Virus record (IMG/VR): IMGVR_UViG_3300004241_000001 | Coordinates: 1-64,000 of that record | Direction: 5' to 3' (one strand) | Source of the DNA: a virus | Taxonomy: Duplodnaviria > Caudoviricetes | Length of the DNA stretch: 64,000 nt | In this document: piece after piece, positions 48,101 through 57,822 of the stretch | How positions within the stretch are numbered: position 1 is the stretch's first letter | Layout: each line of letters opens with the position of its first letter | The notes under the pieces: model-generated | The model's database searches: none | What the model was told of the DNA's origin: nothing | Seen by the model: the letters and a program-made list of their open reading frames with translations, nothing else | Program-made: the position numbers and the translations under genes

Positions 48101-51100
48101 AACAATAATTATATAAACTCAAGAATTATAAATGGTGGATTAATAATAGATTTAACTATTATTGAAACCAATTCTGGATTATGGTCAAGCTCTATTGATG
48201 TTGAAAACTTAAGGATGCCAGTTTATTATCAAGTTAATGGTGGCGCAAAAACTCCATTACTCGAATATGGTTCGCCTATGTTTAAATCTCCATTTTTTAT
48301 TCCAAAAGAAAAGTTTTCTTCATTTGGTGAAGGAGAGAAAGTCACAATAACGATATATGCAATGGACAACGCTTTGAAAATTGGAAGTTTAAATATAGTT
48401 AAAATAATGAATAAAGTTGCCCCGGACAACGTAACATCGCAAAAGGCAATATTTGGTATTGAATCAAATAAGCCAGTTATTAAAATTTCATATACAAAGC
48501 CATTTGTTTCTGATCTTGCTGGAATTAGATTATATGAATCTGGAGTTTTAATAAAAGAAACTCTTGGTGAAGTTATGTCTATTCCAACTTCAAGCGGAAG
48601 CGATAGGGCTTTTGTTTTAAAATCTGTTGACGTTGCAGATAATGAATCGTCAGGCGTTTCATTTACCGCTCATAACTATGCTCCATCGACTGTTACTGGT
48701 TTAAATGCAGAGTCAGATATAAACGCACTATCATTGTCCTGGAACCATGTTATAACTGATACAAATGGCGATCTAATGACTGACTTAAAATATTATGAAG
48801 TTTCATATTCTAAATGGGATGGAGTTATAGTTGAAAAGACTGTTTCAAATAGATTTTTAATACAATTATCAAAAGAGGATATGACATACTATAACGCCAA
48901 TCAGTCTATTTCAATTACTGACATAAAGATAAGAGCAATTGATTATTTTGATTTAGCTGGAAGTTATTGCACTCCTACTACTGGCCGGCCAAGATTTATA
49001 GAGGCAGTTGACATGACTGACAATGTATTTAAATTTGTTGGAACGTCAAATAGATTTACTGGAGATTTAACGAATTTATTTGACAACTCTTTTAGAGGGT
49101 GGTCGATTGCTTCTGTTATCTCCGATGATTGGGTTCAAGTTGATATGCTTAAACCAGATTTTATATCAGAAATGAAATTAAAATTTTATGGAGGGCTTTT
49201 ATCAGCGTCTACAGCTATAAGATTTATTATGGCATATTATGATTGTTCAACATCAACAAAAGCATGGAAATATATTTCTGCAAGCAACTCTTCACATGAT
49301 ATTGGAACAGCAGTCGATAGACAAACTGATGAAACAACAGCAAGGTCAAGATATTTTGAATACACTATCACTAAGGCTGACCAAGGAACAGAGGAAGATA
49401 AATTAAATGCGTTTTCTATTTCTATGTTAAAAACTGGATTAAGTAAGGCCACATTTTATGCTAGTACAGTAAAAATAATATTTTTAAGCGCATGTGCAGA
49501 TTTAGGTTTTACTGCTTTTCTGCCAAAAACAAGAAGTATTTATAATGAATTCTATGGCGATATAATGTACTTATCAAGTATGGCGGCAATAAGAAGTTCT
49601 GAAGACCCAGACACTTATATGACACTTGACAAAGAAAAACTAACTTTAACTAAAGACTCCAATTTAAAATTAAAACTTGGTAAATTATATGATGATTCAT
49701 ATGGCCTATGGGCTTATGACAACGTTTTGCTTGGAGGAAGCGAATCCGCTCCGCAAATGAGAGTTAACACCACAGAGATACTAATTGGCGGTGGCGTTTC
49801 AGGATATTATAGTTCTAGAGTAAGCGGAGATGGTATTCAGGCAGGGTATAGCGAATCACTATCTCAATATAATATTTCTCTTTCTGAATCATATATGATG
49901 ATTGGAGCGTTGGGAAGTAATTTATATGCTTCAAAATTTTCTACTTCGAAAGTATTACTTGGATATATTCCTGCAATAGATGATTATTTGTTTTCCGCTG
50001 ACTTTGCATCATCATTAAGACTTTCAATGAGAAGCAATGAAATAGGAAATCCTATTCATTTTGAAGTAGGAGCTTATACAGTATATGATGGAGGAACCCC
50101 ATATATAAAAAATACTGTTTGGTCAAAATCTATGGTTATAAGTGATGATAGAAACTCAATATTATATGAAGCCATTGGAACGTCTCTATTTATAAGCAAG
50201 TACTCTCTTACAGAGCAAGCCGTTAGAATTTATGGAGGGTATTCTGGAACACAAACTGTTGAACAATATATAACAAAAATATCTGGAACAGGAAATTTGA
50301 CGACTGGTTTATACTCTTCGTCTGGATACGCTGGATTAAAAGGAGATGGATTAACTTATGGTATATGGGGATTAAGTTCTGCTGGAATTGGTTTATTTGG
50401 ATATTCTAACTCTGGATATGGAATAAAAGGTCAAACTGAAAGCGGGTATGCAGCAATATATGGATATACAACTGGTAGTGGAGCTGGTCTAACTGGTGAG
50501 TCAACAAATGGATATGGCGTAAGCGGAGACTCTGACAATAGTTATGGTGGATATTTCTCTACAAGTAATGGCGCATATGGTTTATATGCTTTATCTGGAA
50601 AGTCTAATGGTATTGGAATATATGGCGAAGCAACTTCATATGGAATATGGGGTCATGGATATAGTGGCCCTGGAATTTATGCTACAACAGCAGGATATGT
50701 TTCTTTGAGATCTGCTCAAAAAACAGAACTTGTTGGTGACACTACATTTAGCGCACAAATATATGCATTAAGCATGGCCGCCGGGGTAGGAACTCATGCT
50801 GTAAAATGGAATAATGCAACGGGTCAACTTACATATGACAATTCTTCATCTCTTCGTTATAAGCACGATATAGAGAGACTATCATTTGATATAAACCAAT
50901 ACAATAATATTCTTCCATCAAAATTTAAATATAATTATGACAACTCAAATGATATTGGTTTTATCGCAGAAGAGATGGCAACTCTGTTCCCAGATATTGT
51001 AGTATTTGATAAAAATGGACAGCCAGACGCAATCAAATATGATAGAATATCAGTTTATAACGTTTTAGCAAATCAATATAATAATAAAAAAATACAAGAA

Positions 51101-51157
51101 TTAGAAAAACAAATATCAGAGCTTAAAACATTGGTTGACCAATTATTAAATAAATAG
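45158..51157 (+). CDS. Central tail fibre/spike with FnIII repeats and C-terminal S74 chaperone-peptidase
   Basis: Repeated Y.F...A.D..GN.S FnIII motifs; Gly/Tyr repeats; SSLRYKHDI...GFIAEE followed by a coiled coil. Confidence 0.85.
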   Translation: MNNLPYVVQNQINKSIDEGKVQKINTNIQEDNVKDLSFSNSSKSTTNIKPEPPKVSYFLKVINKNTFGVNFSAPLSIFDDVGSARSVYGDTYSIIRDGVIIKENIAAPLSYIDTNVEYGMSYSYQVIINTLSGLSNSSSQIQMSVIDSSIPHTPDNFTVYFDNPKDIDIGTTKIKFNQNMDEDYKGMRIIYKESNLADTEWKESKFVNQVGDQGSEATTLISGLVKGKYYDFAIQAMDYFGNVSEINKQESVRLFDNVAPNPVNNFSAALMNSSPIRSKLSWTVPVPIDGISDTTGYKIQRAAITTGQQIYSDLTTINSHDTLIFEDSTVESGTSYIYRISSFDENNNMSDYTYSDIIKIESISNSIDISVQYQNAGETTFPITVTATNIPTTGVGNTFAIVINKKSTGLPISLKKIASRVSSSIQTVSIVFSYTDLLEDFVKNISSETFLANDFEIRFYERITIIRNTCRFVDLFVKDLSIDFRPPAVQNFLITYDAKNKKIYMSWDKPSFSILSGYVIKYSGKTTQKTWDNSTLVKEIFISDTLNTVIDVPPDINLNDPQTLSYFSIKSISKFNFSYISANFTKVIGLSNSILSSSATFNSLTIYGKLPAVTGQVVIGGAQEVNIKFTPLDLEGVSEYWIYASYTASDLDAPTDEMIEWKGKASIANIKKIAGVEIPNEIRTIYFKMLAVDYQQIKGTISDLFSGISHDSMVPEYTVSFSPNIIVEKLISGNSLSVSLISNDDSGFSATGALYVSLDDGEFIAKTYTRSNENKTITYSETFSSIADGEHKICFKVFDVYNNLLTTQWYPFEVDISVPSTLPAPYILKDNAFVQTQQIALSSRTYLPLTGISESIDIFNSKTVQVCLPEFTTCSNFSHIKMFIAQYNISTSSYGSYVEIKMPQSANLDSNAVVSDFKATVTFEEDIPDFKIKMIQVKKNVVIGDINFAIASSKNKIDTTPPLIKVNSMRYENDASLENVANNNYINSRIINGGLIIDLTIIETNSGLWSSSIDVENLRMPVYYQVNGGAKTPLLEYGSPMFKSPFFIPKEKFSSFGEGEKVTITIYAMDNALKIGSLNIVKIMNKVAPDNVTSQKAIFGIESNKPVIKISYTKPFVSDLAGIRLYESGVLIKETLGEVMSIPTSSGSDRAFVLKSVDVADNESSGVSFTAHNYAPSTVTGLNAESDINALSLSWNHVITDTNGDLMTDLKYYEVSYSKWDGVIVEKTVSNRFLIQLSKEDMTYYNANQSISITDIKIRAIDYFDLAGSYCTPTTGRPRFIEAVDMTDNVFKFVGTSNRFTGDLTNLFDNSFRGWSIASVISDDWVQVDMLKPDFISEMKLKFYGGLLSASTAIRFIMAYYDCSTSTKAWKYISASNSSHDIGTAVDRQTDETTARSRYFEYTITKADQGTEEDKLNAFSISMLKTGLSKATFYASTVKIIFLSACADLGFTAFLPKTRSIYNEFYGDIMYLSSMAAIRSSEDPDTYMTLDKEKLTLTKDSNLKLKLGKLYDDSYGLWAYDNVLLGGSESAPQMRVNTTEILIGGGVSGYYSSRVSGDGIQAGYSESLSQYNISLSESYMMIGALGSNLYASKFSTSKVLLGYIPAIDDYLFSADFASSLRLSMRSNEIGNPIHFEVGAYTVYDGGTPYIKNTVWSKSMVISDDRNSILYEAIGTSLFISKYSLTEQAVRIYGGYSGTQTVEQYITKISGTGNLTTGLYSSSGYAGLKGDGLTYGIWGLSSAGIGLFGYSNSGYGIKGQTESGYAAIYGYTTGSGAGLTGESTNGYGVSGDSDNSYGGYFSTSNGAYGLYALSGKSNGIGIYGEATSYGIWGHGYSGPGIYATTAGYVSLRSAQKTELVGDTTFSAQIYALSMAAGVGTHAVKWNNATGQLTYDNSSSLRYKHDIERLSFDINQYNNILPSKFKYNYDNSNDIGFIAEEMATLFPDIVVFDKNGQPDAIKYDRISVYNVLANQYNNKKIQELEKQISELKTLVDQLLNK

Positions 51158-51192
51158 TAAAATATACTAAACTTTAGAAAGGAAGAACTTAA

Positions 51193-54100
51193 ATGACTAT
51201 TAATTTCCCTGATTCAATAGATACGACCGCAACCCTATTAAATCCTTTTAATAAACATAAATGGACAAGCCGGCTTAAAACATTAATTGCTGAAGCCGAA
51301 ACAATATTAACATTAACAGATTTATCAGACATTCCTGCTGATGTTGCAAACAATTATATTGGAATTGATGATGAAATAATGTTTGTTGTTTCTATCGACA
51401 ATACTGGAAGCGATAAGAAAATAACTGTTACGAGAGGGCAAGGGAATTCTACCGCTGCTCCTCATTCTGCTGGCGTAGAAGTTCTTCAAGTTTATACCGC
51501 AGAGTACCATAAGAAATTAGTTGAAGCAGTAATAGCAATAGAAACATATGCAAAATCTGGTGGAATTGTTATAACTAATCTAACGCAAATTACAACCAGA
51601 AAACATAATGATTTGCAGGAGATAAACACTGATATAAATTATCAGCATCTTACAACTACTGAAAAATCTGATATAACTCTAAAATCAGGAAGTATAACAC
51701 AGATTACAACCCGTAATCACAATGACTTACAGAACTTAAATGCAACATCCGCTCATCCGTCAGCATCAATAGATAACACAGCTACATCTTACGGAAGAGG
51801 TTTAGCAACAACTGATAATACCGTTCAAAAGATAGCAGATAGAGTTAATCAGAATGGAACTCCTGCATTTAAAACTGATAAAAGCAAATGCAGTCTTATG
51901 TTGCCTTTCAAAGATGGATTAACTGATAACACTAATGCAATTACGCCTATTGGTTATAATACTGCTGTTAAAAGAGCAACTGACAATTTCATTAGTAATC
52001 CAGAGGCTTCTATTTCAGCTACATTAAAGCAGTTTGAAGGTGATGAGAGTAAATTTGGTTCAGGTATTGCAGTTGAGGAAAGTCGAACTAATTTACTATT
52101 GCAGTCAGATGACTTAACAAATGCGGCATGGACTAAAACTAATTGCACAGTTACGCTTGATAGAGTATTACCTGACGGCAGGAAGTTATTTAAAGTTATT
52201 TCAACAGGTGCAAATTCTTACATTAGTCAATCAATTACATTTTCAGCAACAAGTTATAATACTTCTATGTTTATTATAAATCAAAGTGGCAAAGCTATTG
52301 TCGTTGGCGAAGGTGTAGCCAATTTAATAATAAACGAAAACAACATATCAAAATTAACAAAAATAGATGGAACGGCAATATTAACATCTGGTACACGAAA
52401 TTTAACTATTGAAATAGGTTCGGCAACAGCCGGCGATACCTTTTATATTACCTCCCCTCAACTCGAAGCCGGTGCATTTCCAACATCATACATCGCAACC
52501 GGTGCAACAGCAGTTACAAGACCAACTGGAAAATTAAGCTATAATTCTTCAATACTTAATGGCAAAACCGATTTTACTTTGTCATTTTTGGCAAAACCTA
52601 ATTTCAATTATGATTCGGCAACAAGCAAGACTTTTTTATATGCCGCCAATGCAGATGATTCAAAATTTTGGGATATAGAATATTATTCACCGACAGATAA
52701 ATTTAATGCTTATATGGGTTCAGTTACAAATGTAATATCGACATCAGCCTATACTAATAATACTGATTTGCAATCCTGGAAGCATTTTGTAATTAAACAG
52801 TCAGGTGTTAATTCTTATTTTTATGTAAATAACACATTAATCGGAACAAGAACAGATGCCGAAGCAGTTGATATTACAAAATTTCAGCTAGGTTATTTTG
52901 ATGGCACAACGGCTAATAGTAATATTTCAAACTTCGCAATTTTTAATTATGCTTTAACCACAGATGAAATAGCTCAGATTTATAATTCAGGACTTGAAGG
53001 AAAGCCTATTGAATTATCTAACGATAAAACAGTAGCGGAAGCAGATAGACTTTCACCTAATATAAATGCAGGTAGTAATAAAGCACAGTTTATAACAGAT
53101 AAATCAAAGTGCGTTATGCTTCATGATTTCAAAGGAACTTTAACTGATAAATCAGCCGGCATTAGGGCAATAGGTTCTGAATCAGTTAATAAATGGACTG
53201 ATAACTTTGTTAATATTGCTACTTCTAAATCGATAGCAACTAATCTGTCAGCGACATTCTGTCAGTTTGATGGTGATGAAGCTAAGTTTGGTTCAGGCGT
53301 AGCATTAGAAGAATCAAGAACTAATCTTGCTTTGCAATCAGTTGATTTAAGCCACGCAACCTGGACAAAATCTAAATGCACAGTAACTTTGGACAAGGTA
53401 TTGCCAGACGGCAGAACCTTATATAAATTAACTGCAACTGATACTGGTTATGCAGTAATAACTCAGTCGATTGCATTTTCAGCCGTAACGCATAATTGCT
53501 CATGCTTCATTCTAAATACAAGCGGAAAGAAGTTTTACTTTGATGATACATCAATAGTTGTTATTGGCGATATGACAGCATACCCAAAATTAACAAGAGT
53601 TAACGGCCAAAGTTCGGTGGCGGCATCAACTCGCAATATAACAATAGGACTTGAAAATGCGGCAATAGGTGATGTCCTTTATTTCACATCCCCTCAAGTT
53701 GAAGCAGGAACTTTTATGACATCTTGGATTGCTACTGGCGCTACAACTGTAACTCGTCCAGTTGGAATGCTCAATTATGCTCCAAGAATAAATAAAGTTG
53801 GCAGTTTTTCAGCATGGATGAAACATTCAGTATTACCGGATAACTCACAAATGATGCCAGCAGGATTTTATACAGCTTCCGATACTCTTGCTGATTCATT
53901 TTTAATATTTGGGAGCAATGGTGCAGGATGGGGGTTCTATAATGGTGGAGGAACCGGAACTACATTTTCATACATATTGCCAGTAAATGAATGGTATAAT
54001 ATCATTATGACGTGGGATGGTTCAACAATAAGCCTTTATATCAATAAAGAATTAGTTGCGACTGCTGCTCAAGGACCAAATTTTGACAAATTAGTTAAAC

Positions 54101-54615
54101 AGAACTTTAGACCTACTGGAGTTTCATTTAAACTTTCAAATTACGTTGATTTCAATTATGTTCTTTCGACTGATGAAATAGCTCAGATATATAACTCAGG
54201 ACTTGAAGGGAAGCCAATTGCAATATCAGGTGCTGAAACCATAATACCAGTAGGTCAGTCATTACACGATACAAATTTCATTACATTCGCATCTGGTTGG
54301 GGTATTTCAACTACATATCCGAATAAGCCTACAATATCAAAAACAGCTAATGTAGCTTTAATGAGAGGTATTCTTGAATATACAGGAGCAGTCAATACTG
54401 ACGTAACTATATTTACATTACCTGCCGGAAGTAGACCATCTTTACCAGATACTTATTATCATTCGTTTGTTGGCACAGCAAGAGACTCAGGTGCGCCGGC
54501 AATGAGAATATTACGAGTTTACGGTAATGGAGATGTTGTACTAATGGCACAGGGCGCTACGATAGTTAATCCGGCGTTATCACTTGACAATATCAATTTC
54601 GTTAATGGAAAATAA
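51193..54615 (+). CDS. Fibre / receptor-binding protein with duplicated LamG + carbohydrate-binding modules
   Basis: N-terminal IDDEIM...VTRG...AAPH domain; two ~380-aa repeats; C-terminal IFTLPAGSRP domain. Confidence 0.8.
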   Translation: MTINFPDSIDTTATLLNPFNKHKWTSRLKTLIAEAETILTLTDLSDIPADVANNYIGIDDEIMFVVSIDNTGSDKKITVTRGQGNSTAAPHSAGVEVLQVYTAEYHKKLVEAVIAIETYAKSGGIVITNLTQITTRKHNDLQEINTDINYQHLTTTEKSDITLKSGSITQITTRNHNDLQNLNATSAHPSASIDNTATSYGRGLATTDNTVQKIADRVNQNGTPAFKTDKSKCSLMLPFKDGLTDNTNAITPIGYNTAVKRATDNFISNPEASISATLKQFEGDESKFGSGIAVEESRTNLLLQSDDLTNAAWTKTNCTVTLDRVLPDGRKLFKVISTGANSYISQSITFSATSYNTSMFIINQSGKAIVVGEGVANLIINENNISKLTKIDGTAILTSGTRNLTIEIGSATAGDTFYITSPQLEAGAFPTSYIATGATAVTRPTGKLSYNSSILNGKTDFTLSFLAKPNFNYDSATSKTFLYAANADDSKFWDIEYYSPTDKFNAYMGSVTNVISTSAYTNNTDLQSWKHFVIKQSGVNSYFYVNNTLIGTRTDAEAVDITKFQLGYFDGTTANSNISNFAIFNYALTTDEIAQIYNSGLEGKPIELSNDKTVAEADRLSPNINAGSNKAQFITDKSKCVMLHDFKGTLTDKSAGIRAIGSESVNKWTDNFVNIATSKSIATNLSATFCQFDGDEAKFGSGVALEESRTNLALQSVDLSHATWTKSKCTVTLDKVLPDGRTLYKLTATDTGYAVITQSIAFSAVTHNCSCFILNTSGKKFYFDDTSIVVIGDMTAYPKLTRVNGQSSVAASTRNITIGLENAAIGDVLYFTSPQVEAGTFMTSWIATGATTVTRPVGMLNYAPRINKVGSFSAWMKHSVLPDNSQMMPAGFYTASDTLADSFLIFGSNGAGWGFYNGGGTGTTFSYILPVNEWYNIIMTWDGSTISLYINKELVATAAQGPNFDKLVKQNFRPTGVSFKLSNYVDFNYVLSTDEIAQIYNSGLEGKPIAISGAETIIPVGQSLHDTNFITFASGWGISTTYPNKPTISKTANVALMRGILEYTGAVNTDVTIFTLPAGSRPSLPDTYYHSFVGTARDSGAPAMRILRVYGNGDVVLMAQGATIVNPALSLDNINFVNGK

Positions 54616-54656
54616 TAATAAAAGGCGGTTAATATCCGCCCGAACGGGCTTTTATA

Positions 54657-55121
54657 ATGATTAACAAAATTTTAAGACTTATTATAAATTCATTCTGGAA
54701 TTTAATATATCCAGAATTATCAAATAAAGAAGTAGAAGAAATATATTCTCTTTGTAAAAATCCATTTCAATTTGAAGTTTATTTATGTTCGTATGGATTT
54801 AAATGGGCCTCTGATGGACTTAACTTTAGCGTTTTGACTGACTCATTTGAAAGACCATCTCAAACTCTATCAAGAAAATGGGCAAATTGCTCTGGATTTT
54901 TAAGTCTATATTCAGTTTTATTTGATAGACTTGGAATAAAACACAAAGAAGTTTTATTATTGCACTCGGATGACAACCAATGGCATTATATTAATATATT
55001 TCAATATGAAGGTAAGTTTTATCAGCAATCTAACATCACCTTGACAGAAGTGACAAATTTTGGTAAACTGTGGCAAGAATGGAAAGATAAAGGATATTCA
55101 AAACGGATGGTGGATCTTTAA
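54657..55121 (+). CDS. Transglutaminase-like cysteine protease fold protein
   Basis: ANCSGFLSLY...WHYINIF Cys/His pattern. Confidence 0.55.
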   Translation: MINKILRLIINSFWNLIYPELSNKEVEEIYSLCKNPFQFEVYLCSYGFKWASDGLNFSVLTDSFERPSQTLSRKWANCSGFLSLYSVLFDRLGIKHKEVLLLHSDDNQWHYINIFQYEGKFYQQSNITLTEVTNFGKLWQEWKDKGYSKRMVDL

Positions 55122-55492
55122 TGTTTAAAAAAATAATTACAATCTATAATTTTATATCAAAATATTTTATGTGGATCTTTGCATTAATATTTGGAATTCT
55201 AAAAGTTGCAAAGCCATTTATAACTCAAAAGAAAACAGTAGATTTAATGAATTCAAAGCCAGAAAGTAGAAAGGGAGATATTGGTGTCGCAGACAATAAC
55301 GGACTTAAACAAGTTGAAGCAATTCCTTCAAACGCACCCAAGTCCAATGAAATTCCTGTGGGAACTATTCCAGAATCAAAAACAACCATATCTGGAGAAG
55401 GAACGCTTAAGCCGATCAATAATGGAAATCAACCAGGAGAAAGATCAACTGAAGACGTATTAAAAGATTTATCAGAAATCTTAAATAAATAA
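55121..55492 (+). CDS. Membrane-anchored protein (possible spanin component)
   Basis: N-terminal TM; located in the lysis region. Confidence 0.55.
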   Translation: MFKKIITIYNFISKYFMWIFALIFGILKVAKPFITQKKTVDLMNSKPESRKGDIGVADNNGLKQVEAIPSNAPKSNEIPVGTIPESKTTISGEGTLKPINNGNQPGERSTEDVLKDLSEILNK

Positions 55493-55507
55493 TTAAAGGA
55501 TGGTTAT

Positions 55508-56173
55508 TTGAAAATGAAACTAAGACTTAAAACAAAAGAAATTATCTTCGCTATTTTATTTGTAGTAATTTTAACAGGATGTATGTTCCTGTATAAAAAT
55601 TATGCAAAAGCATCAGAACTTGGTCATGTCGATTCAGTTGTAATTAAATCAAATGATGTGAAAGTTCCAAAAACTCTTATGTCAGAAATCAAACAAAAAC
55701 TTAAAAAACTTAATCGTATTGAAAAATCCGAACCAAATATCAAACTTGGTGAAATTAAAGTATTTACTGATAAAGATGGTAGAATATTTATTAATGATAC
55801 AACTTCTATATCTTTAAAACTTGCAGATATTGAATACGCCGGTGAACTTAAATTAAATGCAAAAACAGAAGTTTATCGCGTTCCAGAAAAAGAATTGCAA
55901 TGGTATAATAATTTTGGTTGGGAATATGGTATGATCCAAAAAGATAAAGATTCTTCAAAATTTGAAAAAGGCCAGTTTTATTTAACTTATGATACTCCTC
56001 TTGCATACAAAAGAGTTGGAACTTTACTTGAATTAAATAGATTTAATTATGGTGCTGGTATATTTTATAAAATTGGAAATACAAAATTAATTGGATCAGC
56101 TATTTTTAAATATGGCGATAGAATAAATAAAGAAAATGCAATGTATATGCTTGGCATTGGATATAATTTCTAA
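55508..56173 (+). CDS. Envelope protein with signal/lipobox and C-terminal beta-strands (possible spanin-like)
   Basis: VILTGC; amphipathic strands ending MLGIGYNF. Confidence 0.55.
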   Translation: MKMKLRLKTKEIIFAILFVVILTGCMFLYKNYAKASELGHVDSVVIKSNDVKVPKTLMSEIKQKLKKLNRIEKSEPNIKLGEIKVFTDKDGRIFINDTTSISLKLADIEYAGELKLNAKTEVYRVPEKELQWYNNFGWEYGMIQKDKDSSKFEKGQFYLTYDTPLAYKRVGTLLELNRFNYGAGIFYKIGNTKLIGSAIFKYGDRINKENAMYMLGIGYNF

Positions 56174-56261
56174 AAGTATCTACTAAATGTAGATATAATC
56201 GAATCCCGGACTTACTTTATAGTTTGTTCGGGATTCGCCTTTGAAAGGCGGTTTTATGTTG

Positions 56262-56290
56262 TTGACAGAATGGTTAATTTCTGATATTAT
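56262..56290 (+). promoter_or_regulatory. sigma70-type promoter for holin/endolysin
   Basis: TTGACA-17-TATTAT. Confidence 0.65.
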
Positions 56291-56371
56291 TCTTTACGAA
56301 AACAATTCTATTCCTGACACATTAGAAATATTAGATAGAGAAATTCAATCCTTACTGAAGGAGGAAGCAAA

Positions 56372-56692
56372 ATGAAAAATTTTTTAATCAACTTTATTTA
56401 TAATAGAGAAGAAAATCGTGTTCGTGGAACGTTTATCCAGTTAGCGAAACTGCTATTTTTATATGCAACATTTATTTATATCCTATTAATGATATTCTTT
56501 GAAATAAAAACTGGAAAAGAAACATTATCAAGTCTTGCCACATTCATACTTGGATTGATAGGAGTTATATCAGCAGAACAAGCGTATGGGTATAAACTAT
56601 ATTCTGACCAAAAGAAATCAGAGAATGAAGTATCTCAATTAATTGATAAAGCAATGGAAATCAAAAAAGTTGGTGAAGAAAAAAATGCGTAG
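56372..56692 (+). CDS. Putative holin
   Basis: Two TM segments and a charged C-terminus; directly upstream of the endolysin; AGGAGG SD. Confidence 0.65.
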   Translation: MKNFLINFIYNREENRVRGTFIQLAKLLFLYATFIYILLMIFFEIKTGKETLSSLATFILGLIGVISAEQAYGYKLYSDQKKSENEVSQLIDKAMEIKKVGEEKNA

Positions 56693-57440
56693 TTCGACAT
56701 TTAATAAAATCATAGATTATACTCTCGAAAAAGAAGATTTTAATTTTAGAAAAAGAATACAGATAGAAAGAGATCCTGATGATGCTGGTGGCACTACAGT
56801 TCTTGGACTTGATAAAGCATCACATGGCAAAACGGTCGATAGGTTAATCGAACTTGTTGAATCTGGTCGTAATAATGAAGCAATAGAAATAGCTAAAGAT
56901 GTTTATGATTTATTTTATTACTCAAAGCATAAAGACAAAAACAATCTTGCTTTATTTGACAAGATACTTGATATAAAGACTGTTTCAAAGACCTTTGATT
57001 TGTGTGTTAATACAGGCAATGGACAGGCCGCTAAATTCGTTCGCCGTGGATTAAATCATCTTGGGGCAAAACTTCCAGTTAATTCATCGTTTGATGATGA
57101 CGTTATATCAAACATAAATAAATATTCAACCGATGATTTTTGTAAATCTATTTTTTCTCAAACTAAATTGTTTGCTAAAATTATCGAAAAATTTCTTGAA
57201 ATGGCAATGGATATATCTTCATTTAATGTTATGGAGCTTCTTAGAGATGGATCCGACTTACTTAAGATATTTGAAGAGTTTAAACCGATCGCAATGATTG
57301 ATGATGATGTTCTTATGTCAACAATTCAGGAAGCAAAAGAATTCTACATTGAGATATCCAAAAAAAGGAATAACAAAAAATATCTCAAAGGTTGGCTTAA
57401 TAGAGTTTATGATATAATTGAATACAAGGAAATGAAGTAG
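56685..57440 (+). CDS. Endolysin, glycoside hydrolase family 108
   Basis: DPDDAGGTTVLG, FDLCVNTG and YLKGWLNRV motifs; start moved to ATG 56685. Confidence 0.85.
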   Translation: MRSSTFNKIIDYTLEKEDFNFRKRIQIERDPDDAGGTTVLGLDKASHGKTVDRLIELVESGRNNEAIEIAKDVYDLFYYSKHKDKNNLALFDKILDIKTVSKTFDLCVNTGNGQAAKFVRRGLNHLGAKLPVNSSFDDDVISNINKYSTDDFCKSIFSQTKLFAKIIEKFLEMAMDISSFNVMELLRDGSDLLKIFEEFKPIAMIDDDVLMSTIQEAKEFYIEISKKRNNKKYLKGWLNRVYDIIEYKEMK

Positions 57441-57441
57441 C

Positions 57442-57648
57442 ATGGCAACTTTTGATTTTGTAAAATTGCATAACCAATGGAAAATTCATTTAATGCAGAA
57501 AAATCTTTCCGAATGGAATGAAAACGATAAGCAAATTGCACAAATAATTGGTTTTGTTAAAAAAGATCCAGAGGAAATAATAAAATCTGCAAAAAAAGAA
57601 AATAGGTATGAAATAGAGCAACGCCTTGACAAAAATAAATGGCGGTGA
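57442..57648 (+). CDS. Hypothetical protein
   Basis: ORF with AAGGA SD. Confidence 0.65.
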   Translation: MATFDFVKLHNQWKIHLMQKNLSEWNENDKQIAQIIGFVKKDPEEIIKSAKKENRYEIEQRLDKNKWR

Positions 57649-57724
57649 TAAAATATGGAAAGTCTTTTCAAAATAATATATAATTTATTATTTGTAGATT
57701 ACAACAACTATTATAATCTCTAAT

Positions 57725-57795
57725 TGACTGGTAGTTCAACGGTAGAACATCGGACTTTGAATCCGGTAGTAATGGTTCGAGTCCATTCCGGTCAG
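57725..57795 (+). tRNA. tRNA-Gln (UUG), CCA not encoded
   Basis: Acceptor stem TGACTGG/CCGGTCA; D arm GTTC..GAAC; anticodon loop CTTTGAA; T loop TTCGAGT. Confidence 0.93.
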
Positions 57796-57822
57796 TAAAA
57801 TAAAAATAAGGATGGTTTAAAA

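Noticed and set aside
51868-54219. Diversity-generating retroelement TR/VR pair
   Set aside because: Both copies are in-frame coding, differences are not adenine-specific, and there is no reverse transcriptase in the window
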